Positions 34,205 through 46,110 are shown, counted from the first letter of the stretch. The stretch: DNA of 64,000 nucleotides from an uncultured Hormoscilla sp. (GCA_963921275.4 OZ001293.3:1504001-1568000), one strand, 5' to 3'. Notes: generated by a model from the sequence alone, not told the origin. Program-made: numbers and translations.

Positions 34205-36071
34205 ATGGCCATCAACACCAGACAGCAAACAGTTATCATCGGTACTAACCTCTATCCTTACTTGGAGTGCAACTATCTCGGGCAGAAATTACGCCTGGAT
34301 CTCACAAAAGATGAGCAGATCTTAGGGCGGGACGCCCAGCAGGCAGACTTGGTAGTGGATAATAGCTGGCGGGTAGTGAGTCGTTGTCAGGCGGTCCTGC
34401 GCCGCTGCGGCTCGGAATATCAGATATACGATGGTAATGGGTAAACAGCCTAGCACAAACGGCTTGTTTCTCGATCGCACTCGTATTACCCCATCCCAAG
34501 GTATCATTCTGAACAATGGCATGGAATTGCGGCCAAGACCCCCAGAACCAGGTGCGCCTCACCTATTTTAACCCCTCTAGCGGACTGATCGCTAGCCCGA
34601 TCGCTCAACATAGCATTTCCCTGAAAAACGGACAATGCGAACTGGGTCGCAACCCCAGCGCTACTTTGCAACTAGATTCTCCGGTAGTTTCCTGGCGTCA
34701 CGCCATGATCTTGATGTCGGTGAGGTGGTGGACAAAACCCTGGAAGAAATTGAAATGAGCGATCGCCAGGACGTGTTAGTCAGTCAACTGAGTGGCGGTC
34801 AGCGCAAACGGGTGAGTATTGGAGTGGAACTGCTGCTGTTTTTCCTGGACGAACCGACTTCTGGTCTGGACCCGGGGTTGGATAAAAAGATGATGCAGTT
34901 GCTGCGCAAGTTGGCCGACCAGGGACGTACCGTTATCCTGGTCACCCATGCTACCGCCAATATCACGCAATGCGATCGCATCGTCTTTTTAGGACGTGGG
35001 GGACGTCTCTGTTACTTCGGACCTCCCCAGGAGGCGAGTAAATTCTTTACCCTGACCTCTGGTGAAGACTTCGCCGACATCTATATCAAACTAGAACAAG
35101 GGGAAGATATTATCCAGCAATGGGCTAGTCAATTTCAGAGTTCGGACTACTACCAAGATTATATCATCAATCATCTGAGTGCGGGCCACCAGCCCCAGTC
35201 GGTGGTAACATCTCCTCAACAGGTTAAACCTTCTTTCTTTTGGCAATTATCTCTGCTGAGTCAACGCTACTTGCGACTCCTCTGGCGCGACCCCGTTAAT
35301 CTGGGATTATCCCTGTTTACCGCCTCTATTGGCATCAGTCTAATTACTCTCGCAATTGATAAAGAACCTTTAGTTCTCCCCGATACACCTGATTCTACCC
35401 TGGCCCCTTTAGCCTTGCGAGTATTATTTGTCTTTACCTGTGCTGCTATTTGGGTAGGACTCTCCAGTTCCTTGCAAGAAATTGTTAAAGAATCAGCAAT
35501 TTACCTGCGCGAACGGTTGGTGAACCTAGGATTATTTGCCTATCTGGGTTCAAAACTGTTAATTCTTTCGGGGTTAGCGCTGTTGCAAACTCTGTTAATC
35601 TGTGCAGTAATTCTAGTTGGATTCAAATCGCCCTCGCCGGAATTGATCCCCTGGTTTCTGGGGTTGGGTATCACTACCTTCGGGACATTATTAACTAGCA
35701 TGAGTCTGGGTTTGACGATCTCGGCCCTGGCCAAAAATGGCACTCAGGCCAATAGCACTTTACCCCTGCTGTTAATCCCTCAGATTATTTTCTCCGGGGT
35801 TTTGTTTAAGATGGAAGGTCTTGCTAGTAAGATCTCTTGGTTGATGCTGAGTCGTTGGTCGATCGGGGCCTATGGGGCCTTAGTAGATGTGAATGGAATG
35901 GTACCCAAGGGATTTGATGGCGAACCTCTGCCCTACCTGCCCTTCCAGGGAAGCCATGTTTATGCTGCCACTTGGGGTAATCTGGGCTTAAATTGGGAAA
36001 TGTTGTGCCTGCATACCTTAGTTTACCTGGGAGTGACCTGGTTGGTGCAGAAGCGGAAAGATATTTTTTGA
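34205..36071 (+). pseudogene. FHA-domain ABC transporter ATPase/permease with frameshifts and internal deletion
   Basis: FHA motifs (ILGR, VSR, STNG), LSGGQRKRVSIG, LDEPTSGLD and an ABC-2 membrane domain; the Walker A region is missing. Confidence 0.85.
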
Positions 36072-36258
36072 GTGCGAATGGTGAATTGCGAATGGTGATG
36101 CTATTTGTTGGGCGATCGGGTATAGTGGGAGATGAGACGATCGCGACCTACCGATCGCCGGTCTGCGCTTCATGTAGCAGAAAATACATGGCTCCATAAG
36201 TAAGGAAGAGAGAGAAGATGGCTCTGGAAAATTTTCTGGCAAAAATGTAGAGTTTGAC

Positions 36259-38146
36259 GTGCGATTCGTTCTAGCCTAAGGTGGTCAAACACGGAACGCT
36301 AGTCTAGGAAACTAGAAACTCTAGTACTCATGGGGGTTAGATTCCCGTGCGATGAGTTCCAGCCTAACGTAGTCATATACGGAACGCTGGCCTAGGAAAC
36401 TAGGAACTCTGGTAATCATGGGGGTTTAATTCCCCCTCCCCAGGTACAGGGGTAACCGCGTGAGGTGCTGCGAAGTAACATCATCGTGGTGCCAAGCGAG
36501 GACTCAAATGTAGGATAACTGGCAGCCCAAGCCGGTGACTCTGCTAGGAAAGATGTCCATGGCTAGAACAAGCGAACCTATGTAAACCTCGTTAAACCCA
36601 ACCAGCGAAATAAGGCTTAATGCGCTGGAACAAAAGTTAATGCAGTTAGTGTTAATTAGGGAATTGGCTAACATTGTACCCAAATAACTGCCGGGGAAAA
36701 GTAGGGGCCTAAAGGCATCGTGAAATGATACCAGGGAACGAAGTAACCTCAGCGAGAGGAACGAAGTAACCCCCGTGGTGCTGTCCTCATTTGGACAAGT
36801 CAGATGTGCGTCCGCGTAGCGTGCGCGCAGCGCATAGCGCATGCCCATGAGGGGAGAGATGGCCCGAGAAGCTAATGCCTAGGCGGTGTCTGGAGCATGC
36901 CTTGGTGTCTGGAGCACACCGAGTCCTTCAGGACAAGAGTGTGCGGAAGACGCCAAAGTCCTTCAGGACAAGAGCATGCGGAAGACGCCGGTAATGCCTA
37001 TGGATACGCAGACGCGGGTCGGTGATACTAGTAAACTATTGGTACAAGTAGCTCTAAAATGTCATAAGCCCATTTACAGCGTTAGCGAAAGCGAGTTGAG
37101 GATTGAGGAATATTTAACTGGTAAAACGGAGTGTTAAATGGTGATACTAAAGGTTATCCGGCAGATCCACTCACCAACCAGGAAAGGGGCGGACGTGCAA
37201 GTAGTAAGGGACAATGGGAGTAATCCCTAGTAATCCTACCCGTGAAAGGGGCCTAGTACCCAGTAGCCGTGTGCGGTGAAAGTCGCATGCACGGTTCCGA
37301 AAGGGAGGGTTGTCCCGCGAGGGACAGCTCGACCCCGACTTCTCCCCAGGCGCGGGGGTAACACCGGTTGGAGGTGCTGCGGAGTAACATCGCCGTGGTG
37401 CTAAGCGAGGACTTAAATGTAGGATAGCTGATAGCCTAAATCGGCGACGCCGCGCTTGTTAGATGTCCAAGGTCAGAATAAGCGAATTCATGTAAACCTC
37501 GTTACTACGAACCAGCTCTAAGGCTTAATGCGCTGGCCCAAAAGGGTGAAGTAGTTAGTATTGGTTATGTCAACTGACCAATATCGTGCTCAAAGAACTA
37601 CCGGGGTAGAGTGAAGACCTAAAGACAGCATGAAATGATACTAGGGAACGAAGTAACCTCTCATGAGCTGTCCTCATATGGACAAGTTAGATGTAAAGCG
37701 GAAGCTATGAGGGGAGAGATGGCCCAAGAAGCAAAAGCCTGGGGTAATTCCTATGGATATGCTGACGTGGGTCGGTGATAGATAGAATCTTTGGGTGAAA
37801 GTAGCCTTAATGTTTTAGATCAGGAGAAATCCTAGATAATTAATGTTGGACTAAAGACCTGACCGGGTAAAACTTGGAGAACCTAGTAAATTAGGTAAAT
37901 GTTAGTAAAGAGCGGTTAATATGGGTTGGTACTGTTATCCCCCGCGAACCTTCCGGAGTTAGGCATATATGTAGTCTGAGACTAACCATAAGGGGTGAAA
38001 TTGCATGAAGAAAGGGACAAAGGGAGTAATCCTGAGTAATTCTACCTAGGACAAGGGCTATCTACCCAGTAGCCGTGTGCGGTGAAAGTCGCATGCACGG
38101 TTCCGAAAGGGAGGGTTGGGAGGCGACTCCTAGCTCGACCCCGACT
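36259..38146 (+). ncRNA. ORF-less group II intron, outer member of the twintron (36259-36346 + 37341-38146)
   Basis: GTGCGATTCGTT start; DV AGCCGTGTGCGGTGAAAGTCGCATGCACGGTT near 38071; EBS1 GTCAA (37569-37573) pairs with exon TTGAC. Confidence 0.92.
36347..37340 (+). ncRNA. ORF-less group II intron, inner member of the twintron
   Basis: GTGCGATGAGTT start; DV near 37265; EBS1 GGGAAT (36659-36664) pairs with ATTCCC (36341-36346). Confidence 0.92.
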
Positions 38147-38557
38147 CCGGATATTGTGGTAAAAGATGGAGACGATCGTCCCATGATGTTTGTCGCTGTC
38201 GTAGCCTCGCAGGTATATAGATCTGAGAAATTGAAAGTTCATTACCTAGAGAATTATCAACAAGTACCTTTTCTGATGTTTGTCAATCTCACACAAGTGA
38301 GAATATATCAATCGGGAAATTATCATCCAGTCATGATATTAAATCCTGGAGAAATTTTTCCAGTTTACGACCCTGACTATCAAAACCATGAGGTTGTTTT
38401 TCAGGATTATTTAGTTGGATTAATGGATGCTTGGTTAAGTGATTTATCTTATCATTGGAAAAGCGAGCATCCTCCTTTTGAAACGCAAGTTAATGAAATC
38501 GGTTTGATTTCTCTGCTAGAAAATGGTTTTCTTGAGAGAATATTGGAGTGGGATTAA

Positions 38558-39162
38558 ATGTCGATATTTTTGTATATTGAAACAAATGGGATCGTGTCTT
38601 TGGCTCAAAAACGAAATCAAGCAATTGAGTCATTGCTGGAAAACTTACCTAATGATGTTCAGTTAATCTTACCCAGCATTTGCTACATGGAAGCGCTATT
38701 TGCTTTTCAACAAGATAAAAAACGGAGAGATATCTTTAAGCAATCTTTGGTTATTGAGATTAATGAAGCAAGACGAAGCAATTTGAACATTTCGCAATTG
38801 TTGATGAATGACTTAGAACAAAGTCAAGTGAAATATAATTTCCTCTCACAACAGTTAAATGATGAATTCATTGAGGCTTTGAGAATTTTGCAATCTCGTC
38901 TGACTTTGATCCATCCTCAACCGGATACGTTAATCAGAACTTTAGTCGCTCCAAATTTGAATAAATCGACAGAAAAGAGAGATGATTTTATTTTGCGGTG
39001 TATTTTAAGACTACGCTCAAAATTATTCGCACCTTAGGAAAACCTTTTTTAGTGAAAATACGAAACAGTTTGGACAGCAACCTGTTCGAGAGGCTTGTCG
39101 AGAAGTTGGCATTACTTATTTTGGGAATATAGAAAATTTGCAAGGTTGGTTGCGATCGTGAG
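38558..39162 (+). pseudogene. PIN-domain-like protein (copy 1), 3' frameshift
   Basis: LYIETN, PSICYMEA, RDDFIL and (shifted) FFSENTKQF motifs. Confidence 0.7.
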
Positions 39163-39303
39163 TAGCGTCCCTTGCAACCAATGCTTTACAATATCTAGTA
39201 ACCTTGCCTCCCGATCGCCAGTTCGCCAGGGCAAATGTAGCGTAAGATACATTTGCCAGAGGAAATCATGTATATCAAGTAAGAAGAGAGAGGAGATGAA
39301 TCA

Positions 39304-39765
39304 ATGCTGGACAATTTTATCGCCAAAAATATAGATTTTGACCCGGCGATCGTGGTCAAAGATAAAGACGATCGTCCCATGATGTTTGTCGATGTCAGAT
39401 CTTACCGGACATTTAGCTCTGAAGACTTGACAATCCATCACCTGGAAGATTATCAACAGGTGCTTTTTCTGATGTTTGTCAATCTCAAACAAATCAGAAA
39501 ACAAATCAGAATATATCGGTCTGGTAATTATCAGCCAATAACGATCTTAAAAATAGAAGATATTTTGTCATTTTATGCTTCTAATTATCAAGAATACGAA
39601 GTAATTTTTCAGCATTATTTGGTGAGCTTAGTAGATAGTTGGTTAAGTGACATATCTTATGATTGGAAAAGCCAAAATCATCATTTTGAAACGCAGATTA
39701 ATGAAGTCGGTTTAATTTCTCTGCTAGAAAAAGGTTTTGTTGAGAGAATATGGGAGTGGGATTAA
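39304..39765 (+). CDS. Hypothetical protein upstream of the PIN-like gene
   Basis: Intact ORF; paralog of the intron-split gene; its stop directly abuts the next ATG. Confidence 0.75.
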   Translation: MLDNFIAKNIDFDPAIVVKDKDDRPMMFVDVRSYRTFSSEDLTIHHLEDYQQVLFLMFVNLKQIRKQIRIYRSGNYQPITILKIEDILSFYASNYQEYEVIFQHYLVSLVDSWLSDISYDWKSQNHHFETQINEVGLISLLEKGFVERIWEWD

Positions 39766-40369
39766 ATGTCTGTTTTTTTGTATATTGAAACCAATGGAAT
39801 CATGTCTTTGGCTCAAAAGCGAAATCAAGCAATTGAGTCATTGCTATCAAACTTGCGAGCGGATGTTCAGTTAATCTTACCTAGCATTTGCTACATGGAA
39901 GCGCTATTTGCTTTTCAACAAGATAGAAAACGGAGAGATGAATTCGATCACTCTTTAACTATTGAGATTAATGAGCCGAAGCAATTTGAGCATTTCGCAA
40001 TTGGTGATGAATGGCTTAAAACAAATGGAAGAGAGATATGATTTACTCTCACAACAGTTATATACTGAATTAATTGATGCTTTGAGGGTTTTAGAATCTC
40101 GTTTGACTTTGATACATCCTCAACCTGATACCTTGCGCAGAACTTTGGAGCGTGCCAATTTGAAGAAATTGACAGAAAAGAGAGATGATTTTATTTTGCG
40201 CTGTATTTTAGACCAAGCTCAAAATAATTTTTCCGAAAGGAAAGCCTTTTTTAGTGAAAATACGAAACAGTTTGGACAGCAAACTGTTCGAGAGGCTTGT
40301 GGAGAAGTTGGGATTACTTATTTTGGCAATATAGAAAACTTACAAAGTTGGTTGCAATCTCTTCAGTGA
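39766..40369 (+). pseudogene. PIN-domain-like protein (copy 2), frameshifted near 39975
   Basis: Two overlapping ORFs that together match copy 1. Confidence 0.72.
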
Positions 40370-40409
40370 GAATAATGAGATAGGCGATGTCCACCTCATC
40401 AGCAGACCT

Positions 40410-42440
40410 TTAGTCATTGCGGGCATGCTCAAATTCGTACAGATAGAAGAGTCGGCTGAACTTTTGCAGTAGATATCCCACCACTGCTAAGAAGATGGCA
40501 ATTATAGTTGGCCACCAGAAACTAGCCGTGGGCGTAATTGCTAAGATAGAGTCTGATGTTGATATTTCACCCATAGTCGCCAGTATGGCGATCGCCCGGG
40601 CATCCAGCAATAGGCCCAGAACCAGAAATACACCAGCAGCAACATAGCTTAACAGAGCAAGGCGATTAATTTTGTTCAGGGCCTTCTGGCAGACCTGGCA
40701 ATGTTGGGTATGTGTCGTCCAGATATCAAACAACTGCTGCTTGTCCCGTTCCGCTGGCGGCAGGTCCGGGTTACATCCCTCAGCCCAGCCCATTTCACCT
40801 CCCGCTTTCAACTCCAGCCATTTACGGAAGGCAATTACCATCTTATCTTGAGGATTGGGAGTGTAGACTTTTTCCAACCATTTACCTTTTCCCTGCTTGG
40901 CCAGCAGCTTTTCTTGATAGTGGAGAAACACTAGTAGGTTGTCAAGGAATAATTGATGGGTAAAGCCGCTTAAGTTTGATGCGAGCATCTTCGGTGGTAA
41001 ATTGCCAGTCAATTCTGCTATATTGAGCATTTCTGCGCGATTCCCAAGCACTTACTTCTCGTTTCAAGCTCTCCATGTCGGGAATGCGACGGTCTAGACA
41101 CTGACGAGTTAAAACACTCAGTTCAATTTCTGCCATGTTGAGCCAACTACCATGTTTAGGGGTATAATGGATTTCTAACTTATCGAGAATCGGTTTGGCT
41201 TCAGCAGCAGGAAAAGTTGCATATAAAGCAGAGGGACTGTGGATGTTGAGGTTGTCATGAATGACTATAATTCGCTCAGCTAATGGATAGCAGACATCTA
41301 CTAAATATTTCATTTGATGAGAATAATCTTGTTTACTGCGACGCTCGGTAACTTCTACATGTCGCCATCCGCCCAAGGGTTCAGAGAACATGAAGATATT
41401 ACAAACGCCATTTCTTTCATATTCGTAGTCATAGCGTCGGGGTTGACCTGGTAAGGATGGAAGGGGAATTTTGGTTTCACTTACTAACTGCTTACTTGTC
41501 TCGTCAAAACAAACCACTGGATAATTTGGCTCGTAAGGACAAGTATAAAGGCTTAACACATCTTCCATATGGTAAACAAACTCGGCATTTTCTTTAGGTG
41601 GAATTACCCAACAGTCCTGTAACCAAGGCTTTAGTTCATTTTTTTTTAAGGTTTGACGCACGGTTTCATGAGAAATACTCTCGACATACCCTAACTCAAC
41701 CATGCGATCTGCCAACAGCCTCAATGTCCATGAACCTTGGCCTTCGGGAGGTTCTCCACAGGCCAGGGCAATTAAGTGAGCTTCTTGTTCCCCATCTAGT
41801 AAACGAGGTTTGGTACGAGTGGGCGATTGACGGGACAACGCCGCTAATAGACCTTCTTCTACAAAACGCTTAGCTTATCGTTCAATGGTCGAAACGCTGA
41901 TATCTAAAGCTTTATTAATCTCCAAGTCACTCCAACCACTTTGTCTGAGTTATCGGCATCTTCAAGTTCCTGCACCAGGCGCGGCCTTCTCAACTTACTT
42001 TCCCGCTGCCCTTGTATAATCTTCTGGCCAGATCCACAGCAAACCTTGACGTTCCTGGGTGGGATAAACCACTGCACTGGACTGCTGGTTGGCACAATGC
42101 TTCGCTTCAGTCTGCCGATCTTGAGATTGGGGAATTTTGACACATTTTCCCTCACGGTCAAACCGCCAAGCATGGTAGGCACACAACAGAGTCCCATCCG
42201 ACTCAACTCGACCTTCGGACAGAGGTGCAAGTCTGTGGGGACAATAATCTGCAAAGCAACGCCATTTCCCTTCCGCATCTCGCCATAAGACTAAGTCTAA
42301 CCCCAGTAACTGTATGGCATGAGGACGAGACGGGTCGAGGTAGTCTACAACTGCTACTGGATACCACTGTTTTGTCCACTCAAATATATCTGACTCTGCT
42401 GCTGGCAGCAGCTGGTGAAGATTCTCTTTCTTCTCTTCCA
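40410..42440 (-). pseudogene. Rieske/pheophorbide a oxygenase family, disrupted by IS630 with loss of the central part
   Basis: CPHRLAPLSEG and CAYHAW Rieske motifs; C-terminal HTQHCQVC. Confidence 0.88.
40933..41905 (-). mobile_element. IS630-family element, 5'-truncated
   Basis: VCFDE, DNLNIH and YTPKHGSWLNMAEIE motifs; N-terminal HTH is broken. Confidence 0.9.
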
Positions 42441-42533
42441 GAATGTTCTCCGCAGTTATCTTACTCCTTCCTACATTAGTTAAATAGTGGGCGATGCCTA
42501 CATTCTCATGGTGGGCGATGCCCACCCTACGTT

Positions 42534-43067
42534 CTACTTTAAGTCAAGTAAGCCCTTTTCCTTGAGTTTGGGGTTAAAGCGAATTTCCTCTCGGACTCCA
42601 CGTTCGGCAAGTCCGGCTTTAATTTCCGCTTCCACCCGCCTCGATACATTTTTCAACAGTTTCATTTGCCCCAGTTCGTCACTCGCCGCATAACTGCTTT
42701 GTTCTTCATCTGTCATGGTGATTTTCGCATCAATAGGTTCAGTCCATTTGCCTGCCTCAGCACCATTCCCAGGTGGGGTAGTACCATTTTCCGCGATCCA
42801 AGCATCCCGGATATTTTCTAAGGTTGTCCGCTTGGGTCTGTCAATAGTTTGCACCTTCAACCAATAGCACCTCTGGGGTTGACGGACTAAATGTTGCTTC
42901 AAGCTGACAAAGACATCACGAGAATAGTTGACAAGTTGCAGATATTGCGCTTCATCAAAGATAGCGTAAATCCCAATTTTGCCTTGCAACTGCTGAGGCA
43001 AGTGACCAGTTTCGTCAAGATAGGGCAGATATGTTAGACTAGCGAGGGCTGGAATATTATTTGTCAT
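42534..43067 (-). CDS. GIY-YIG-like conserved protein
   Basis: GIYAIFD...YSRDV..SLKQHL..QP and PPGN motifs. Confidence 0.8.
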   Translation of the reverse strand: MTNNIPALASLTYLPYLDETGHLPQQLQGKIGIYAIFDEAQYLQLVNYSRDVFVSLKQHLVRQPQRCYWLKVQTIDRPKRTTLENIRDAWIAENGTTPPGNGAEAGKWTEPIDAKITMTDEEQSSYAASDELGQMKLLKNVSRRVEAEIKAGLAERGVREEIRFNPKLKEKGLLDLK

Positions 43068-43074
43068 GGCCTAG

Positions 43075-43383
43075 TTACTTAATTTTGCGGTAAATAGCAC
43101 AGAGGCGACTGGGTTTGAAGATTTTGGCTTTGAACATGAAGTTGGGCGGGACGTTAACGATCGCATGTTCTTGGGAGTCATGATACTTTTCAAACTCCGG
43201 GGCCATGCCTTTGGGTGTCCCGGCGCTGTAGGGTACGGGTTGAAACAGGAACTCCGTAAACTCTACGGGAACTCCATTGAGTTGTTGACTCACTTGGTTT
43301 AAGAAAGCTTCACTTTGGAGTAAGCTAAAGAGAGTGGCTTTAGCCTCCGGGTCCAGGGTAAAGCTGAAGAGCAAAATTTTCAA
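43075..43383 (-). CDS. Conserved hypothetical protein
   Basis: FQPVPYS..TPKGM and NVPPNFMF.AKIFKPSRLCAIY; co-oriented with its neighbour. Confidence 0.7.
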   Translation of the reverse strand: MKILLFSFTLDPEAKATLFSLLQSEAFLNQVSQQLNGVPVEFTEFLFQPVPYSAGTPKGMAPEFEKYHDSQEHAIVNVPPNFMFKAKIFKPSRLCAIYRKIK

Positions 43384-45806
43384 TGATTCTCAGAGACATT
43401 TACGGTATATGGGCGGCTGTAAGTACAGGTAGACAGGCGGATAAGCAATACCTCGCTGGGTCGATTGCTCAATCTTACCACAAGTGGTGTTGTCCAGAAA
43501 CCGGTAACTTCTGCGAAACCGGGTTTCTGATGATGAGGACGCGCACCAGTCGGCTCAAAGTAGGGGGAGGGGTGTCTGTCGTATTTGAAAAGACTGGCGC
43601 TGGCAAGAAGCAAGCCTATGCCCTCTGCACGGAAGCACCATCGGACGGCAGTCTCGCAAGCTGGCAGTGGTATCCTGCCAGTACAGAGTCCCAATCTACG
43701 GGTTTTTACCATGCTATCTATCCCCGCAGCTGGTATGTTTATGAAAATGTGTTGAGTGCGGCTCTGACTTGCGAGCAGTTTTCCCCGATAATACCGGGAA
43801 ATTACCAGGAAACCAGTTACCCAATTGCCATCTTTGAATGGACGGCCCACAACCCCACGGATACGCCCATTACTCTCAGTATTATGCTCACCTGGGAAAA
43901 TACGGTGGGTTGGTTTACCAATCAGCTGAAGTCGCCAGAGGTGACTGTAAGGGATGATGGCAGCCCAGTATATGATTATCAGCCCCGCTGGGGGGAAAGT
44001 ACGGATAATTACAATCGCTGGATCGAGAATAACTTTCGCGTCGGCTGTCTGATGAGTCGCTTGTCTACGACAAATATCCCCGTGGAAGGGGAAGGTCAAT
44101 GGGCGATCGCGACGGTGAGCAATCCAGCGGTAGAGGTATTCTATCATAGTCGCTGGAAGCCAGGGGGGACGGGAGCGCAAATCTGGGAACCCTTTGCCAC
44201 AACTGGGGAGTTGAGTGACTCGGAAGATGAAAGTCCGGCAGCTGCGGGGGAACGAATAGCTTGCGCGATCGCGGTGCGGTTTACGATTAGACCGGGACGG
44301 ACTCGGAAAATACCTTTTATTTTAGCCTGGGACTTCCCGGTGACGGAGTTTGGGGTGAAGACTCAGGACTTGGCCCGATCGGGAGAGATGCCTTCGACGC
44401 AAATTGGGACGCAGATCGGTTATTATCGTCGCTACACGGACTTCTTCGGGCGGAACGGCAAAAATGCCTGGTCCATGGTTCGCACGGCCCTGAAGCACTC
44501 GGACAGTTGGAAAGAACAGATCCAAGCATGGCAGAAACCGGTGCTAGAAAACTGCGATCTACCGAACTGGTTTAAAATGGCCTTGTTTAACGAACTGTAC
44601 CTGTTGACGGGGGGCGGAACTCTCTGGACTTCGGCGTCAGAAGATGACCCGGTAGGTCAGTTTGCAGTCTGGGAATCGGTAGATTATCGTTGGTATGAAA
44701 GCCTGGACGTGCGACTGTACGGTGCCTTTCCCTTGGTATACCTGTGGCCGAAACTGGAAAAAGCAGTGTTGCTGGCCTATGCCCGGGCCATTCCCACCTT
44801 CGATCGCAGGACTCGGGTCATTGGTTATAATCAAGTAAAAGCCGCGCGCAAAGTCATGGATGCGACTCCTCATGACTTAGGTGCGCCCAACGAACATCCC
44901 TGGGAGCAAACCAATTATACCAGTTATCAAGATTGCAATCAATGGAAAGATTTACCCTGTGATTTTGTCTTGCAAGTCTATCGAGAGTTTGTGCTGACAG
45001 GTAGCACGGATATAGAGTTTTTGCAAGAATGCTGGCCCGCTATTGTCGGAACTCTGAATTATTTGAAGACTTTTGATAAGGACGGGGATGGCATTCCGGA
45101 AAACTCAGGGGCACCAGACCAAACCTTTGATGACTGGCAACTGCAAGGTGTGAGTGCTTATTGTGGAGGGTTGTGGTTGGCGGCCCTGTCCGCAGCAGTG
45201 GCGATCGGGGAAATGGTAGGTGATGCTGCTACCATAGCTGAATATCAAACATGGCTAGAACAGGGGAAAGAAATCTATCAAGAGAAACTCTGGAATGGCG
45301 AATTTTACCAACTGGATAGTGAAAGCGGTTCGGATGTGGTCATGGCAGACCAGTTATGCGGTCAATTTTACGCCCAACTGCTGGGATTACCAGATATCGT
45401 ACTCCGATCGCGTGCCCAATCAGCTCTGAAAAAGATATACGAAGCATGTTTCGTGAAATTCAATCAGCAGCACTCCGAGAAACTGGGAGTAGCAAATGGC
45501 GTGCGATTGCGCTGCGCGCACGCTACGCGAACGGACGGCACTGCGTCAAACCCGGATGCAACTCATCCATTAGAAGTATGGACGGGAATAAACTTTGGAC
45601 TAGGGGCATTTATGCTACAAATGGGAATGAAAGAGGAAGCAATGACAATTGCCGAAGCAGTAGTAAGACAAATATACCAGAAGGGGTTACAATTTAGAAC
45701 GCCAGAAGCGATAACTGCGGCAGGGACATTTCGTGCGAGTCATTACTTGCGGGCAATGGCAATATGGGGGATGTACGTCGTGGGGCAGGCGTCTCGCCTG
45801 CCCTAG
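43383..45806 (+). CDS. GH116 beta-glucosidase (non-lysosomal glucosylceramidase); native N-terminus possibly lost
   Basis: ALFNELY, WYESLDV, PHDLGAP, PDQTFDDW and FRTPEA motifs. The first roughly 65 aa look non-homologous. Confidence 0.85.
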   Translation: MILRDIYGIWAAVSTGRQADKQYLAGSIAQSYHKWCCPETGNFCETGFLMMRTRTSRLKVGGGVSVVFEKTGAGKKQAYALCTEAPSDGSLASWQWYPASTESQSTGFYHAIYPRSWYVYENVLSAALTCEQFSPIIPGNYQETSYPIAIFEWTAHNPTDTPITLSIMLTWENTVGWFTNQLKSPEVTVRDDGSPVYDYQPRWGESTDNYNRWIENNFRVGCLMSRLSTTNIPVEGEGQWAIATVSNPAVEVFYHSRWKPGGTGAQIWEPFATTGELSDSEDESPAAAGERIACAIAVRFTIRPGRTRKIPFILAWDFPVTEFGVKTQDLARSGEMPSTQIGTQIGYYRRYTDFFGRNGKNAWSMVRTALKHSDSWKEQIQAWQKPVLENCDLPNWFKMALFNELYLLTGGGTLWTSASEDDPVGQFAVWESVDYRWYESLDVRLYGAFPLVYLWPKLEKAVLLAYARAIPTFDRRTRVIGYNQVKAARKVMDATPHDLGAPNEHPWEQTNYTSYQDCNQWKDLPCDFVLQVYREFVLTGSTDIEFLQECWPAIVGTLNYLKTFDKDGDGIPENSGAPDQTFDDWQLQGVSAYCGGLWLAALSAAVAIGEMVGDAATIAEYQTWLEQGKEIYQEKLWNGEFYQLDSESGSDVVMADQLCGQFYAQLLGLPDIVLRSRAQSALKKIYEACFVKFNQQHSEKLGVANGVRLRCAHATRTDGTASNPDATHPLEVWTGINFGLGAFMLQMGMKEEAMTIAEAVVRQIYQKGLQFRTPEAITAAGTFRASHYLRAMAIWGMYVVGQASRLP

Positions 45807-45825
45807 GGCGGGGGTCTCGCCTAAC

Positions 45826-46110
45826 TACCTTCAAACCTCGCCAACAATTCTTCACGAGACAATTCCAGCAGTATCGGGATATATTCTGCTGCCGATAATG
45901 TTAATAATGGCGGGATAATTGCTTCTAGTTGTGGATCGATTTCACCAAAGCGTATACGCAGGATACATGCATGCGATCGCTGACTGGCGTTCTCTCATGA
46001 TACCTTGCTGGAAACCTTGCTGGAAACCTTTATCCGTAGCATTTTCCAGTCGTTTTAAGTACAGAGGAGATAATTTCATCGATTTTATCTTGGTCGTCTT
46101 CATCGGACTG
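45826..46110 (-). pseudogene. Partial duplicate of the C-terminus of 46228-47154
   Basis: Near-identical DNA to 46228-46500 (CCTTCAAACCTCGCCAACAATTCTTCACGAGAC...). Confidence 0.8.

Larger units (their letters stand above)
36218..38557 (+). pseudogene. Hypothetical protein (paralog of 39304-39765) interrupted by a group II twintron
   Basis: Exon 1 MALENFLAK(N)VEFD and exon 2 PDIVVKDGDDRPMMFV align to MLDNFIAKNIDFDPAIVVKDKDDRPMMFV. One A is missing in the run at 36241-36245. Confidence 0.8.

Noticed and set aside
36504..37137. ORFs inside the twintron as intron-encoded proteins
   Set aside because: Short, with no RT (YADD) or maturase motifs, and they overlap ribozyme structure.
38075..38146. 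N-terminus of the 160-aa ORF (MCGESRMHGSEREG...)
   Set aside because: It is a translation of intron domains V-VI; the true exon 1 is at 36218-36258.
43380..44180. 266-aa minus-strand ORF
   Set aside because: Antisense shadow of the GH116 gene with no recognisable motifs.
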